From NCBI GenBank assembly GCA_003056165.1, contig LSNR01000002.1, forward strand, positions 2,726 through 66,725: a stretch of DNA of 64,000 nucleotides, given 5' to 3'. Under the pieces are notes generated by a model. That model was given only the letters and a program-made list of their open reading frames with translations, had not been told where the DNA came from and ran no database searches. Origin of the DNA: Parcubacteria group bacterium M6-OD1-3. Its GTDB lineage: Bacteria; Patescibacteriota; Minisyncoccia; Moranbacterales; UBA9337. Every line of letters starts with the position of its first letter. Within the stretch, counting starts at the first letter, position 1. The position numbers and the translations under genes are program-made. This document shows positions 18,855-32,058 of this stretch, piece by piece.

Positions 18855-20768
18855 TTACATTATTGATGCACCATCAGAAATAACTCCGTAACTCTCCGGA
18901 TCTTTGGAAAATCTATTTCTAAAATATTCTCTTGTTTCCTCATCTTCTGAAAAAATATAGCACCCTTTCATCCCTCTAGTCATAAGTGTGCGATACGTAT
19001 TTTTTATAATAGGTTCAGCAAGTCTTTGCGCATATTCTTCACCTTTTTCTTTCGCTATTTTTTTAATACCTTTTAATGATTGATCTGAGGTAGCACGCTC
19101 TCTATAATCAGTAATAATTTTTTCATCACGCACAATTAAATCGCTACCAATGATAACGCCTACATAATCAAGCTCCAATCCTTGACAAGTATGAATACAA
19201 CCAACTTCATTCACTGAGTTTGGATGTATAATCCAAGCTTGTCCATGTTTCATTAAATTCCACCGCGCTTTATAATTCCCAATTTCAATATCAAATAATA
19301 TAGGTTCTTTTTTTGAAATCCATTTCCATGTATACCCCGCAATAACCCGTGATTTATTATTTATTTTATTTTTATTAATTATTTTACTATGCAAAACTTT
19401 TGGATTATCATATACGCCGAAATTATAATCAATATCATCAAGCGTATAATTTGCAGTTTTCCTAATTTGCAATACATCATCAAGCCATGCTAAATATCCA
19501 TCTGATCCATTACACCTAAACTGTGACTCAAGATTCATTTCCAATACATCAGCATCAGCTTTTTTAGCCCATTTTTTAATTTCTTCTTTTGAACCAATAT
19601 CCTTTAGCGTGACTCTTTGATCTTCGTCTATAAAAAATACTGCCAATTTTGCTGAGTCAATAATTTCCTTTATTTGATTCACTCCTAGATTGCCATACAA
19701 ACCAGATCTTTCATTTAATCTGTGTGCTTCATCAACTAATAGTACATCAAATAAATCAACTTCTGTTTTCGTATATGAGCCTGAACCTTTAAACATATTT
19801 TGAATACGAACGCGCGCATGCCCTCCTTCTGCTAATTTCCGACTAAAAACCTCCCTTGGCGCAGAATTCTTTGTTACATATTGCACAACTTTTTGTCTAT
19901 TAGTAAATTCAGATAATAAATTAATTGCGACAACAGACTTACCAGTTCCAGGACCACCTTCAATAATCAAAACTTGTTTACCTTTTGTTTCTGCTAATTT
20001 CGCTAAATACAACACTTTCTCATACACGACTTTTTGTTCATCTAAAAGTATAAATTCTTTATTGCCATTCAGCATTGATGCGAGTGAATCAGCCAAGGCT
20101 TTCGACGGACGAATTTTTCCATTTTCTATTTCATAAAGAATATTACCACCACCATATTTGACATGTGCCTTTATAAAATTTGTTAACTTCTCCTCATCAC
20201 CTTTAAAAAATAATGGGGCTTTTTTAATATATTTTTGATATTGCTTAGATTTAATATCTTCATCCTCCTTATAATTATGCAAATATGCACAAGGATCAAG
20301 ATTTATTTCTCCATCTTGAATTCCAGAATTATAATCCTCAAGAAATGTTACATACGACCAAACCTGATAAGAAGGATGACTAACCTCTCTTTGACCACCT
20401 CCTACATATGTTTCGACAACCACACCATCCATATCAGTCTCCTCTATAGCTTGCACTTTCTCCCATTGTTTTAGCTCAACTACAACAGCATTCTTTTGCT
20501 TTTCTTGATCCAATCCAGTAATTATAAAATCAATTCGTTTCGATGTCTGAGGTATCATATATTCGATTGCAATACCTGCCTCATTTGGAATCTCGTCATC
20601 GTCTATGACATTTCTCATGAATTGCATTGAGTTAATCCATGAAGTAACTTCTCTCGGTGATACACTATGTCCTGTTTCTCTAATCATAGCACCTTTAATG
20701 CGTGTATCAATACGATTAGCTACAACATCTTGTATAAAACCTTGCTTTGTTGCTGAATAAATTATCAT
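18855..20768 (-). CDS. DUF2075-family P-loop ATPase (Schlafen/helicase-like)
   Basis: N-terminal DUF2075-like region; Walker A 'GGPGTGKSV'; Walker B 'LLVDEAHRL'. Confidence 0.65.
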   Translation of the reverse strand: MIIYSATKQGFIQDVVANRIDTRIKGAMIRETGHSVSPREVTSWINSMQFMRNVIDDDEIPNEAGIAIEYMIPQTSKRIDFIITGLDQEKQKNAVVVELKQWEKVQAIEETDMDGVVVETYVGGGQREVSHPSYQVWSYVTFLEDYNSGIQDGEINLDPCAYLHNYKEDEDIKSKQYQKYIKKAPLFFKGDEEKLTNFIKAHVKYGGGNILYEIENGKIRPSKALADSLASMLNGNKEFILLDEQKVVYEKVLYLAKLAETKGKQVLIIEGGPGTGKSVVAINLLSEFTNRQKVVQYVTKNSAPREVFSRKLAEGGHARVRIQNMFKGSGSYTKTEVDLFDVLLVDEAHRLNERSGLYGNLGVNQIKEIIDSAKLAVFFIDEDQRVTLKDIGSKEEIKKWAKKADADVLEMNLESQFRCNGSDGYLAWLDDVLQIRKTANYTLDDIDYNFGVYDNPKVLHSKIINKNKINNKSRVIAGYTWKWISKKEPILFDIEIGNYKARWNLMKHGQAWIIHPNSVNEVGCIHTCQGLELDYVGVIIGSDLIVRDEKIITDYRERATSDQSLKGIKKIAKEKGEEYAQRLAEPIIKNTYRTLMTRGMKGCYIFSEDEETREYFRNRFSKDPESYGVISDGASIM

Positions 20769-20780
20769 AATTATTTAAAT

Positions 20781-21125
20781 TTACAAATCTGTATATTTTT
20801 TACTTATACCCTTAGCTTTTTTTATTGGATATTTCTTAGCATTTATTTTCATTTTGTCCTCAAGCGCTCCCAATAAATCTATATTATAATGATTAGAAAG
20901 CATAATAAGCCAATAAAGCACATCCGCTAATTCACTAGCAATTTCATTTTCTTTTTCTGGATTGATTTTATTATCTAATGTCCATTGAAAAAGCTCCAGC
21001 ACTTCCGAAGCCTCTAAATTAAGAGAAATGGCAAGATTTTTTGGATCATGAAACTGACTCCAATCACGCTCATCACAAAAATTTCTAATAGATTTAACTA
21101 TTTTTTTATATTTATCATCATTCAT
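20781..21125 (-). CDS. MazG-like nucleotide pyrophosphohydrolase
   Basis: 'EASEVLELF' and 'ELADVLYWL' EEXX(E/D) helices. Confidence 0.75.
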   Translation of the reverse strand: MNDDKYKKIVKSIRNFCDERDWSQFHDPKNLAISLNLEASEVLELFQWTLDNKINPEKENEIASELADVLYWLIMLSNHYNIDLLGALEDKMKINAKKYPIKKAKGISKKYTDL

Positions 21126-21513
21126 AATTTTTTAAAATAATACTCCTCTCAATGTTTTAAGTATACTCTTTTTGTGGTGGGAAATCAAAGGATGAGAAAA
21201 AAAGGAGGGGGATTATTTTGTTATTGTTACTGTTTTTATTGTTGCGTAATTAATAATTCCTTTGCTTTTTTGTGTTCTATGAAGTGCATAGTAATATCAG
21301 CGGTACTTTTTAAAAAAAGGAAGCTAAAGAGGGCAAGATTGTATAAAAAACGTCCCGATGAGCTGTCGATTAAAATGATGTCAAAAATAAAATTAGCTCC
21401 TGTTTAGAGAAATAGAAAAACCATTCTAATTGTCGAAAACATAAATAAATATTTAATGGGTTTCTTGGCTACCGACATATTCAGATTATACTTCGGCACT
21501 CTTATCACCAGCC

Positions 21514-22284
21514 CTAGCGAACCGATTTCCAAACCATTCTATTTTCATCTTTAAAGAATTCCTTTAATAAATAAACCAGACCAGAAGCAATAGCGACTAT
21601 TCCTAAAGCTGATCCAAATAATCCGCCAATAAATAATATGGAAAAATTATAAATGAAATGAATTATAATAGCAATTATCAATCCCTTAACAATAGAACTA
21701 TTACTATATCCAAACTTTTTTTTACCAATTGAAAGCCCCACTATTCCCGTTGTTACCATATGTGACATCAATGGCGCTACCGCTCTAATGAGTACAGAAA
21801 TAATTATTTGCCAATTGTCCATTGATTCTACTCTATTAAAATTAAAACTAATAAAATAAATAGTGTTTTCTACAAAAGCAAATCCCAATGCCACACTAAC
21901 ACCATAAATCACGCCATCTATAACTTGCGTAAAATACTTTGAATGAAAAGATCCCACCCACAATGTTATAAATTTTACCAATTCTTCAATAGATACATAA
22001 AGAAAAATAACAACATACGATATCGCTGAAAAGTTTATCGCATTGCTATCTCTCGTCAAAAAATCAAATTCTTTGTGGGAGCTTGGATCTATGACATTAT
22101 TCACAATACCTTCAATTCCAATAGATAATAACGCTGCCAACCCACCCCAAATCAAAACAAGTTTTAAAATCATTTTCTTCGGTTCAATATCACCAATATC
22201 ATTTTTTCGGAAAACCCAAAGCCAAAGTAGCACAGGGAATATAACTAATGTTATATATAACGCCACTATTAAAAATATATTCAT
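21514..22284 (-). CDS. PrsW-family intramembrane metalloprotease
   Basis: 'IEELVKF' (EExxK), 'GFAFVENTIYF' (FxxxEN) and 'HFIYNF' motifs in a polytopic membrane protein. Confidence 0.6.
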   Translation of the reverse strand: MNIFLIVALYITLVIFPVLLWLWVFRKNDIGDIEPKKMILKLVLIWGGLAALLSIGIEGIVNNVIDPSSHKEFDFLTRDSNAINFSAISYVVIFLYVSIEELVKFITLWVGSFHSKYFTQVIDGVIYGVSVALGFAFVENTIYFISFNFNRVESMDNWQIIISVLIRAVAPLMSHMVTTGIVGLSIGKKKFGYSNSSIVKGLIIAIIIHFIYNFSILFIGGLFGSALGIVAIASGLVYLLKEFFKDENRMVWKSVR

Positions 22285-22306
22285 CTATTTTTCTTTATCA
22301 AAAAAA

Positions 22307-22903
22307 TTATAAGGAAATTCCGCTAAAAGCATTTAAAATAAATCCGCCGGGAGGCGCCATGATACCGGTTTGTTGCATTTTCATAACATATACAATCACA
22401 AAAATTAATCCGGCAATCATACATACCACCGAAACAATAATAGCTGTTTTACCAAGAGATTTCGCTCCTTTATTTAAAGCGATATTGCCCATTATTATTC
22501 CTGCCGGACCGAGTATTATCGGAGCAAAGATTGCCGACATCGCACCAACAATAATCGCAATTATCCCCCAAATCATACCGACTCTTTGTTGTTTATCAGA
22601 CATCGTTTCAATCGGAACACCTTGTGCTTGGTAATGAGGTTGCTCTTCCGATTGATTTGGATTTGGAGTTGAATTTTGGTTTGGGTTTTGAGAATTATGC
22701 TGTTGTCGCATCGATGCATTATTCTGCACAGTGTTTTGTGCCAGATTTTCTCCCTGAATTTGATTATCGTCTTGATTGTTATCAATTTGAGTGCCATCAT
22801 CAAACTCAATACGACCCATATTTATCGATCGAACTTGATCATTTTGTGAAGCACTAACTTCATTATCAGAAATTTGTGTTTCGTTTTGTTTTTTATTTTC
22901 CAT
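22307..22903 (-). CDS. membrane protein with Q/N-rich low-complexity N-terminus and DUF4190-like glycine-zipper TM region
   Basis: ORF track. Confidence 0.45.
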   Translation of the reverse strand: MENKKQNETQISDNEVSASQNDQVRSINMGRIEFDDGTQIDNNQDDNQIQGENLAQNTVQNNASMRQQHNSQNPNQNSTPNPNQSEEQPHYQAQGVPIETMSDKQQRVGMIWGIIAIIVGAMSAIFAPIILGPAGIIMGNIALNKGAKSLGKTAIIVSVVCMIAGLIFVIVYVMKMQQTGIMAPPGGFILNAFSGISL

Positions 22904-23340
22904 TTTTCTTTAAATTCTTCTAAAATCGTCCTCTCTCGCAATTTCAAATTTCAACATTATTCTTGTTCATTTGAAAAATTTAAAAGTTTGTGACAAAAGG
23001 GATTCCTAAAGAAATCTATTAATTAATTAAATTAATTACTTTTATTAAAATAAACCATTTTCTCTTTGAGATATATCCTGCCCATATCGACAGGCAAAAA
23101 TTTAAATATAATTCTTAAATAACAAAAATTTTAGATAAACTCACTCTTTGATTATAATATCATATTGTTTTTATCTTCGCTAGTAAAAATTTCGACACAA
23201 GTTGTCCGTAAGTTATTGTATTTCGATAGACTGGATTGTAATAAACCAACAGGGAATTTTTTCATTAAAAAATAATCGCCTATTATATTAATACAATATA
23301 CTTTTCTAAATGATGCGAAGCATCTAAAAAGCCAATGAAA

Positions 23341-23361
23341 AAACACTCTTATTCAGAGTGT
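23341..23361 (-). terminator. hairpin aacactct-tattc-agagtgtt plus T-run, downstream of 16S
   Basis: Read directly. Confidence 0.5.
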
Positions 23362-23545
23362 TCTTTTGTATAAAGTAAATCCACAATCTTTTGTGGTTCC
23401 CCTCTTTAATTAAAAACCGAAGTTTTTAATATGAATGCTTGTATTCAGAGTCGTATTCGTTTGGTATTTCGCCGAGGCGAAATAACCGACCTTATAGATT
23501 CATCCCATTGCTATAAGCAATAGGAGTACACCTTAACTCCCTAGA

Positions 23546-25645
<2,100 letters not shown>

Positions 25646-26134
25646 AAATTGAGTAATTTTCCCATATTAGAAGTTTTCAGAACATCCTAGTAAGGATCCC
25701 TGTCCGCCTCTGGAGGAAAACTCTCAATAAAATGAGCAAAAAAAATAAATTTAATGCCACATTGAGATTTATTAAAATCTTAAAGATTTTAATTATCTAA
25801 AGAAAATAGAAAACTATTTTCAAAAATTTGAAACTATAACTCTGAAATAAACATTGATTAATATTTTAAAAAAATACTAATCTTCAGGGAACCACAAAAA
25901 ATAATGATTTTACTACTACCTAATCAATATCTGTTTTAGATATAAAAATATAACTAAAACTGATTTTTTATGATTCTGTCCAAATTTCTAACCGTCAAAA
26001 ATTAGAAAATTTGGAACTATTTATCCAGACACTAAATTTGGTGTCGGATTCTTGTCAAACTGCTGTCATTAACTGCAAATTGATATGGAGAAAAATATAT
26101 CGCTGTAAAAATTTCTCCAGATTATCTGAAGTTA

Positions 26135-26215
26135 AAAGGATGACAACCCGGGACAGGATAAAAATCCTGGCAGGAGGGGGGACCAGAAGGGAATTAGTCC
26201 CAGGTTGTCAAATCT
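26135..26215. ncRNA. GC-rich multi-stem candidate structured RNA (gacaacccgggac...gtcccaggttgtc enclosing cagga-taaaaa-tcctg)
   Basis: Nested inverted repeats read directly in a gene-free 1-kb AT-rich region upstream of 16S; class unknown. Confidence 0.2.
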
Positions 26216-26709
26216 CAAATAACTAAAAAAACACATTTCTATCCACTCTTAATATGGACAGGAATGTATTCTCAATTCACCCGAATTTCAAATATATTTT
26301 ATAAAACTAATTTTATGTTTTTTTGTTTAAAAATTATTGATTATATCTAAAACTTTTTCAATAAAATTTAACCGCTTAATAGAAATTAAAAAGAATTTTT
26401 TCCACCAGCGCATAAACATAATAGCACCCTCTCAAAATCTGTCAACCCCAAGTCTTAAAAAATATTAATTCTCACAAAAACAACTCTCACAAAATTAAAT
26501 TTCTTTTCATTCTTTCATTCCAATATTTTTTTCTGCACAAAACTTTTGATGAGATTTGGCTTTTAGAGTTTTGACTAACTTAATTTTTAGATGATATAAA
26601 TAAATAATGTGAATAAATATTAGTCATAAAATACAAGTGGTTTTTATGGACAACTAATATTTTATATGCTTTAATAGAGCAAAGCTAAAAATAGAAGGGG
26701 AGATATCTC

Positions 26710-27540
26710 ATGAATATAAAAACAACATTAATAGAATTTGGTAACGATGATATTTTGCGAGGAATTTTGGTTTTACCGAAAAATCCGCAAAAAGTAGTCG
26801 TAATGTCGGGTGGTTTTGAACGATCCGCCACAACGGAAAAGAAGTTTAAAAGCTTGGCAGATGAATTGACTAAACAAAATGTCGCTTCTTTTCGCTTTGA
26901 CTACACCGGTATCGGATTGTCTGATGGTGATTTTTCTCAATTGACTATCAAATCTTTGACAGAAGATTGGAAAAATGCTATTAAGATAGCAAAACAAGAA
27001 ACTAAATTATCAGAAGTTTCCGTGGTTGCTCATTCCTTATCGACTTGCACAGTTGCTGGGCTGAAAAAAGAAATGTCCTTTGACAAAATAGTTTTCATCG
27101 CTCCAGCATTAAACCAGCGCGAGTTGCTTCGTTATTGGTTTACAGTGTCAGAGATGAAAAAATCTCAATCGGAAATTGTTGTTGACTGGGATAATTTCCA
27201 AAAATATTTAGATGAAGAGAAATTTTTAGCTGATTGTCGAAAAGAAGACAAGATGACAAAAGTTAACTATATTTCTACCGAATATTTTTTGGAAAATCAG
27301 AACAAAAATTACGCAGAACTGTTGTCAAATGTGGAAAATATTCTCCATATTCATGGAGACTCTGATAACAAGGTTCCTCTAGAAAGTTTGTCAGTAAATT
27401 TTCCCAATCAAATCATCATCAAGGATGGTGATCATGATTTGGAAAATCCAAACACAATAAACCAATGGCTTGAAAAGGCCGTAATTTTTCTAACTTCTCA
27501 AGGAGGAAAGAATGGAAAAAAGAGTCTTAGCAATTCATAG
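26710..27540 (+). CDS. alpha/beta-fold hydrolase
   Basis: Nucleophile elbow 'VVAHSLSTC'; fold-typical length. Confidence 0.65.
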   Translation: MNIKTTLIEFGNDDILRGILVLPKNPQKVVVMSGGFERSATTEKKFKSLADELTKQNVASFRFDYTGIGLSDGDFSQLTIKSLTEDWKNAIKIAKQETKLSEVSVVAHSLSTCTVAGLKKEMSFDKIVFIAPALNQRELLRYWFTVSEMKKSQSEIVVDWDNFQKYLDEEKFLADCRKEDKMTKVNYISTEYFLENQNKNYAELLSNVENILHIHGDSDNKVPLESLSVNFPNQIIIKDGDHDLENPNTINQWLEKAVIFLTSQGGKNGKKSLSNS

Positions 27541-28183
27541 CAATGAACTTTTTTTCGGCAAAGATGCGCCGAATTTTTATCAATTTATCGCCAACAAGCG
27601 CGGTATTGGTGACGAGATGAACAAACTGCAAGAACAATATAAAGCCGAAAAAGAAAACAGCTCTCTGCTTTTGCAGAAAACCTATTCGCTAGCAATGAGT
27701 GGACTGACAAAATCTGAACTGGAAAGGTATATTGAAGAATTTTTTGTAAATCCTCAGGCGCTCACAACAATTAATTTTGTAAAAGTTATGGTAATGCTTG
27801 ATTTACTGCGACAGAAAGGCTATGAAATACTTGTCTTTACCTCATATCCTGTTGAAATTTACCAACACCCTGCTAATTTCAAGCAAAAAATATTTGGCCC
27901 AAACGCCAAATATGACGGGAGTAAAATTTGCGGATTTTATTTTACTAATTTTCGCTCTCCTAGTGCAGCATATACCGCTATGCTATATTTAGAATTGCTT
28001 CCGCCACGAGGAACTACTATAGGTGAACCTAACCGATATGGATTGGTTTACAAATTACTCGATATTATCATCACACAAAAAATTTCAACAGAAAACCTCT
28101 TTGTTCTCGGCTCCAGTGTCACCACTGAGCCGATGCACAAAATCGGCGGGAAAAGAATCAAGAAGTTGGAGGAGCTTTTATAA
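27512..28183 (+). CDS. hypothetical protein
   Basis: ORF track; overlaps the upstream gene by 29 nt. Confidence 0.45.
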   Translation: MEKRVLAIHSNELFFGKDAPNFYQFIANKRGIGDEMNKLQEQYKAEKENSSLLLQKTYSLAMSGLTKSELERYIEEFFVNPQALTTINFVKVMVMLDLLRQKGYEILVFTSYPVEIYQHPANFKQKIFGPNAKYDGSKICGFYFTNFRSPSAAYTAMLYLELLPPRGTTIGEPNRYGLVYKLLDIIITQKISTENLFVLGSSVTTEPMHKIGGKRIKKLEELL

Positions 28184-28214
28184 ATCTGAAAAACAAACCC
28201 CATTTAAATAATGA

Positions 28215-28254
28215 CGCGGGACAGGAGACATTTCTTCTGTTCCGTTTTTTTTAT
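28215..28254. terminator. hairpin cgggacagg...ctgttccg plus T8, between convergent genes
   Basis: Read directly. Confidence 0.55.
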
Positions 28255-28301
28255 TATCAATACAAAAAATTTTACTCAATTCCAAAAATTTGTAAATAAA
28301 T

Positions 28302-29418
28302 TTAACTGTTTTTTGTAGAGTTTATTTTCAAAAAACTCCAAATAAAATTATCTATATTTCCTTCCAAGACTTTTTCAACATTGTTTTCTTCATATTTGGT
28401 GCGATGATCTTTGACCATTTTATAAGGATGTAAAACATAAGAGCGAATTTGACTACCCCATTCAGCACTAGATCTTTCGCCACGCAACTCCGCCTCCTCT
28501 TTTTTAGCTTCTTCAATTTTCTGCTGTTGCAATTTGGCGCGTAAAATTTTTAAAGCGGTTTCTTTATTTTGCAACTGCGAGCGTTCATTTTGACAAGTAG
28601 CAACTAGGTTACTAGGCAAATGTGTTATTCGCACTGCACTATCGGTCGTGTTAACACTTTGCCCACCAGCACCCGAGGAACGAAAAGTATCAATTCGCAA
28701 ATCGCTTTCTTCAATTTCAATTTCAGTTTCATTTTTTACAATCGGCAAAATCTCTACTACTGCAAAAGATGTTTGTCGCAAATTATCTGAGTTAAATGGC
28801 GACAATCGTACCAAACGATGCGAACCAATTTCACTTCGCAAATAACCATAAGCCAATTCGCCAGAAATTTCCAATGTCACATTTTTAATTCCCGCTTCGC
28901 TACCAGCTGATTTATCCAAAATTTTAGTTTTAAATTTTTTATTTTCCGCCCAACGCAAATACATTCGCAACAACATTTCCGCCCAATCCTGCGCATCAGT
29001 TCCACCAGCTCCGGAACGAATAGTCATAATCACATCACTCGCATCGTATTTTCCGTCAAACAAAGTTTTTAATTCCAACTCCGCAAAACGCTTTTTTAAA
29101 TCAGCCAATTCAACAGTGAAACTCAGCTTCGCTGTTGGTGATTTCAAATTTTTTTCCTCCTCTGACAATTCTACTAGTTCATCCAAATCAGAAATTTCTT
29201 TTTCCAAATTAGCTACTGACTCAATGTCCTCTTTTGATTGTTCTAGCTTCTTCATTATTGATGAAGCGTTTCCTTGATTATTCCAAAAATCCGTTTGTTC
29301 ACTTTCCTTCTTCAACTTCGCAATTTCTTTTTTCTTTTTATCCAAGTCAAAGACGGTCCCGCAACCACGGGAGCTTATTTTTTAATTCCTCAATTTCAAC
29401 TTTGATTTCATTTGACAT
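28302..29418 (-). CDS. prfB: peptide chain release factor 2, with programmed +1 frameshift at CTT TGA C (29346-29352)
   Basis: GGQ motif 'SGAGGQSVNTTDSAVR'; own translation of N-terminal frame MSNEIKVEIEELKNKLPWLRDRL-[TGA] then +1 frame DLDKKKKEIAKL…. Confidence 0.85.
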
Positions 29419-29506
29419 AGTGTTAACAATATTCCATCTTACTTTAATCTAGCAAATTCACTAGATTATAGCAAATAATTACTAAACAAATTATTTGAAA
29501 AAAATA

Positions 29507-29542
29507 AAAAATCCGCTGGCATTAATCGCTGGCGGATTTTTT
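29507..29542. terminator. hairpin aaaaatccgc…gcggattttt
   Basis: Read directly. Confidence 0.5.
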
Positions 29543-29563
29543 AAGTTTTCAAATGCTATCCAC

Positions 29564-30445
29564 TTATTCAAAAGATTTTCTAAACTCTTTTTGAGCAGAT
29601 TTAACTTCTGCTTTGAATGTTTCAATTGCCTGTTTTATGGTTTCGTTTTTAGTCTTCGCCAATTCCCTAATTGTCTCGCCAATTTTTTTTGAGTTTTTAA
29701 ATCTCTCCTGATATTTATTTCCAGAGGATTTAATATTTGATCTTAAACTGCTTAGAGTAGTTTTTAATTCTTCATCATCAGTACTATCACTGCAAGCATT
29801 TTTTAATTTCTCGACTCTTTCCGTTTCATTTTTTTCAAATTCCTCCGCCAAACTATTAGCCAAAGATTTTCTCTCCTCAATAGCACTATCTACTCCGCTT
29901 CGCATTGTTTCAATCGCCTGATCGATTGTCGCTCTTCTGATTTTGACCGCCGTTTCAATGCTATTTTTAAATTTTTCTACCGCACTTTTTTGTTCAGTTG
30001 TCTGAGTTTTTGTTTCCAATTTACTATAAAGATTTTCACGCGCTTGGTCTCTTGCTTCTCGTCGCGTTTTCAGTGATTCATCTCTATTATTTCTTTTTTC
30101 ATTTAATTTTCCTTCACCATTATTAAATCGCTCTTTAACTCTTGATTTTTTATTGTTTAATCTTTTCTCTAATCTGCTCGCCATATTTTCCAACTTAGTG
30201 CATATTCTATTTTTTATTTTTTCCGCCTTTTTTTCAAGATTAGCTTCACGCTGAGCTTCTCTTTTTTCAACTCTTTCCTGAATTGCTTTATTTCTTTTTT
30301 GCAAATTAATTGACGCTCTTGATTCGGTCGCCGTAGTAGTGGTGCTTGTTTTCATTGTTGTTTCCACAGCATTTGTTCTTTCCTTTGCAAAAACAAAGGA
30401 AAACAATATTGCAATTAAACTTAAATATAGTATCCTGTTCTTCAT
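29564..30445 (-). CDS. secreted/anchored K/E-rich coiled-coil protein
   Basis: Signal-like N-terminus 'MKNRILYLSLIAILFSFVFA'. Confidence 0.5.
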   Translation of the reverse strand: MKNRILYLSLIAILFSFVFAKERTNAVETTMKTSTTTTATESRASINLQKRNKAIQERVEKREAQREANLEKKAEKIKNRICTKLENMASRLEKRLNNKKSRVKERFNNGEGKLNEKRNNRDESLKTRREARDQARENLYSKLETKTQTTEQKSAVEKFKNSIETAVKIRRATIDQAIETMRSGVDSAIEERKSLANSLAEEFEKNETERVEKLKNACSDSTDDEELKTTLSSLRSNIKSSGNKYQERFKNSKKIGETIRELAKTKNETIKQAIETFKAEVKSAQKEFRKSFE

Positions 30446-30468
30446 ATTTTTATTTTTAACAATTATGT

Positions 30469-30807
30469 TTAATATACTTCTGTATCCGCAGAGCTAAGGT
30501 CTAAGTTTTCGTCAAGATCTTTTACATCATCCAAGCTGTCATTGCTGAAATCTGCTTTATCAGCCTCAATATCAATATTTGTATCAGCTAAATTGGCTTC
30601 TTTTAATTGCTCAATATTATCTTTTTCAGTTACTGTTTTTTGATTATTGCTGTCGTTAGCTTTCTGTGAAGTTATATTTTTTTTAGCTATATTAAAACCA
30701 TTCATTTCACCATCTCTGTTGAAAATACCTCCCGCCATCAAAAAAGCCATTCCGACCAATATGGCAACGATTATAAATATTGCCCAATAATATTTATCAT
30801 TTTTCAT
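30469..30807 (-). CDS. small membrane-anchored acidic protein
   Basis: ORF track; single TM. Confidence 0.4.
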   Translation of the reverse strand: MKNDKYYWAIFIIVAILVGMAFLMAGGIFNRDGEMNGFNIAKKNITSQKANDSNNQKTVTEKDNIEQLKEANLADTNIDIEADKADFSNDSLDDVKDLDENLDLSSADTEVY

Positions 30808-30986
30808 ATTTTTATTTTTATTTTTAATTATATAAACAAATTTTAATATACTAATAATCTAATCTGGGTTTCTAGATAAAATTTCAAATCATATTTATTA
30901 TGCCACATTTTTAATTATTTTGCAAAATCCCAATTCTGCAAAACCCCACAGAGAGTTATGATGAAAAAATTAAGGAGAAATATCCA

Positions 30987-31946
30987 CTAATCCTTTATCT
31001 TCCGATAAATTTTCTTCACTGCCCAATAGATAATTGCTAAAAATATCACAAAAGGAATCAACGAAGGGACCCCCACTATCAAAAATCTAATTATGCCATC
31101 AATTAAGTTCTGGATATTATTAACTAAATCTTTAAAAGCTATTTTTACTGTTTGCCATGGTCGCCAATTATCGCCAACCGAAGCTATACCTGTATCTTCT
31201 TTTAAGTTTATCGTTATTGTTGACATTTCTGTTTGCGAATTCATATATTTAATCTGCCCTTGCAATCTTTCAATTTCTCCTCGCACTCTGGAAATTTGCT
31301 TTGTTACCGCCAACACATCATCAATTTTTCCAGCTCGATCTAAAATTTTCACAAAACTAATTTCTTCCGCTTGTTTATTTTTCAACCGTATTTGCAAGTC
31401 AGCATATTGTTCTGTTACATCTCTGCCAGTAGTTGATTCATTTACAACCTGAGTTGCTACATTTTTAATTTCAGAAATAGCTTCCGAAAATTTGGACACC
31501 GGAACTTTCACTGTCAAATTTCCTCTTCGCTGGCCTTTAACTCTTTCTTGAAAATTAGTGGAAAAAACTTCTCCCCCCAAATTTTTCACAATCTGACTAA
31601 TTTTCTCTGTCGCCATTTCTACTTTTTCAACTTTTAATGACAAATTTCCATTCTTGATTATTTTCTTATCTACTGCAAATTGCCCATCAGAAAGATTTGA
31701 AGGATCTGCAGTTTGTTTATTAATTCTGGATGCAAGACCGTCACTTTCCATTCTATTTGATGTTCCAGCATATTCAATATCCTCATGCATTTCACCCATC
31801 ATTGGCATTCCTTTCTGAACTACTGGCATTCTGTTTTTAAAAGATCTTCCTGAGAATAAATTGAACACTCCCCATAAAAATAACACACCAACTAGTATCC
31901 CAACCACTTTAAAATACTTTTTTATTTGTTCATTTAAATTAATCAT
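30987..31946 (-). CDS. membrane protein with N- and C-terminal TM helices around a coiled-coil domain (DUF4349-like)
   Basis: ORF track; topology read by eye. Confidence 0.45.
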   Translation of the reverse strand: MINLNEQIKKYFKVVGILVGVLFLWGVFNLFSGRSFKNRMPVVQKGMPMMGEMHEDIEYAGTSNRMESDGLASRINKQTADPSNLSDGQFAVDKKIIKNGNLSLKVEKVEMATEKISQIVKNLGGEVFSTNFQERVKGQRRGNLTVKVPVSKFSEAISEIKNVATQVVNESTTGRDVTEQYADLQIRLKNKQAEEISFVKILDRAGKIDDVLAVTKQISRVRGEIERLQGQIKYMNSQTEMSTITINLKEDTGIASVGDNWRPWQTVKIAFKDLVNNIQNLIDGIIRFLIVGVPSLIPFVIFLAIIYWAVKKIYRKIKD

Positions 31947-32058
31947 GAATATTTTTCAAATTATTTATTAATTAGTTTAATTGTACTCCATTTTTCTTCA
32001 TTTTTCAAATAAAAACTTAAAAAACTTCCTGCATTGTAATTACAATACAGGAAATAAA

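Noticed and set aside
23341-23545. tRNA-Ile/tRNA-Ala downstream of 16S
   Set aside because: Only hairpins, no cloverleaf. The 16S gene appears unlinked to tRNA and 23S genes in this window.
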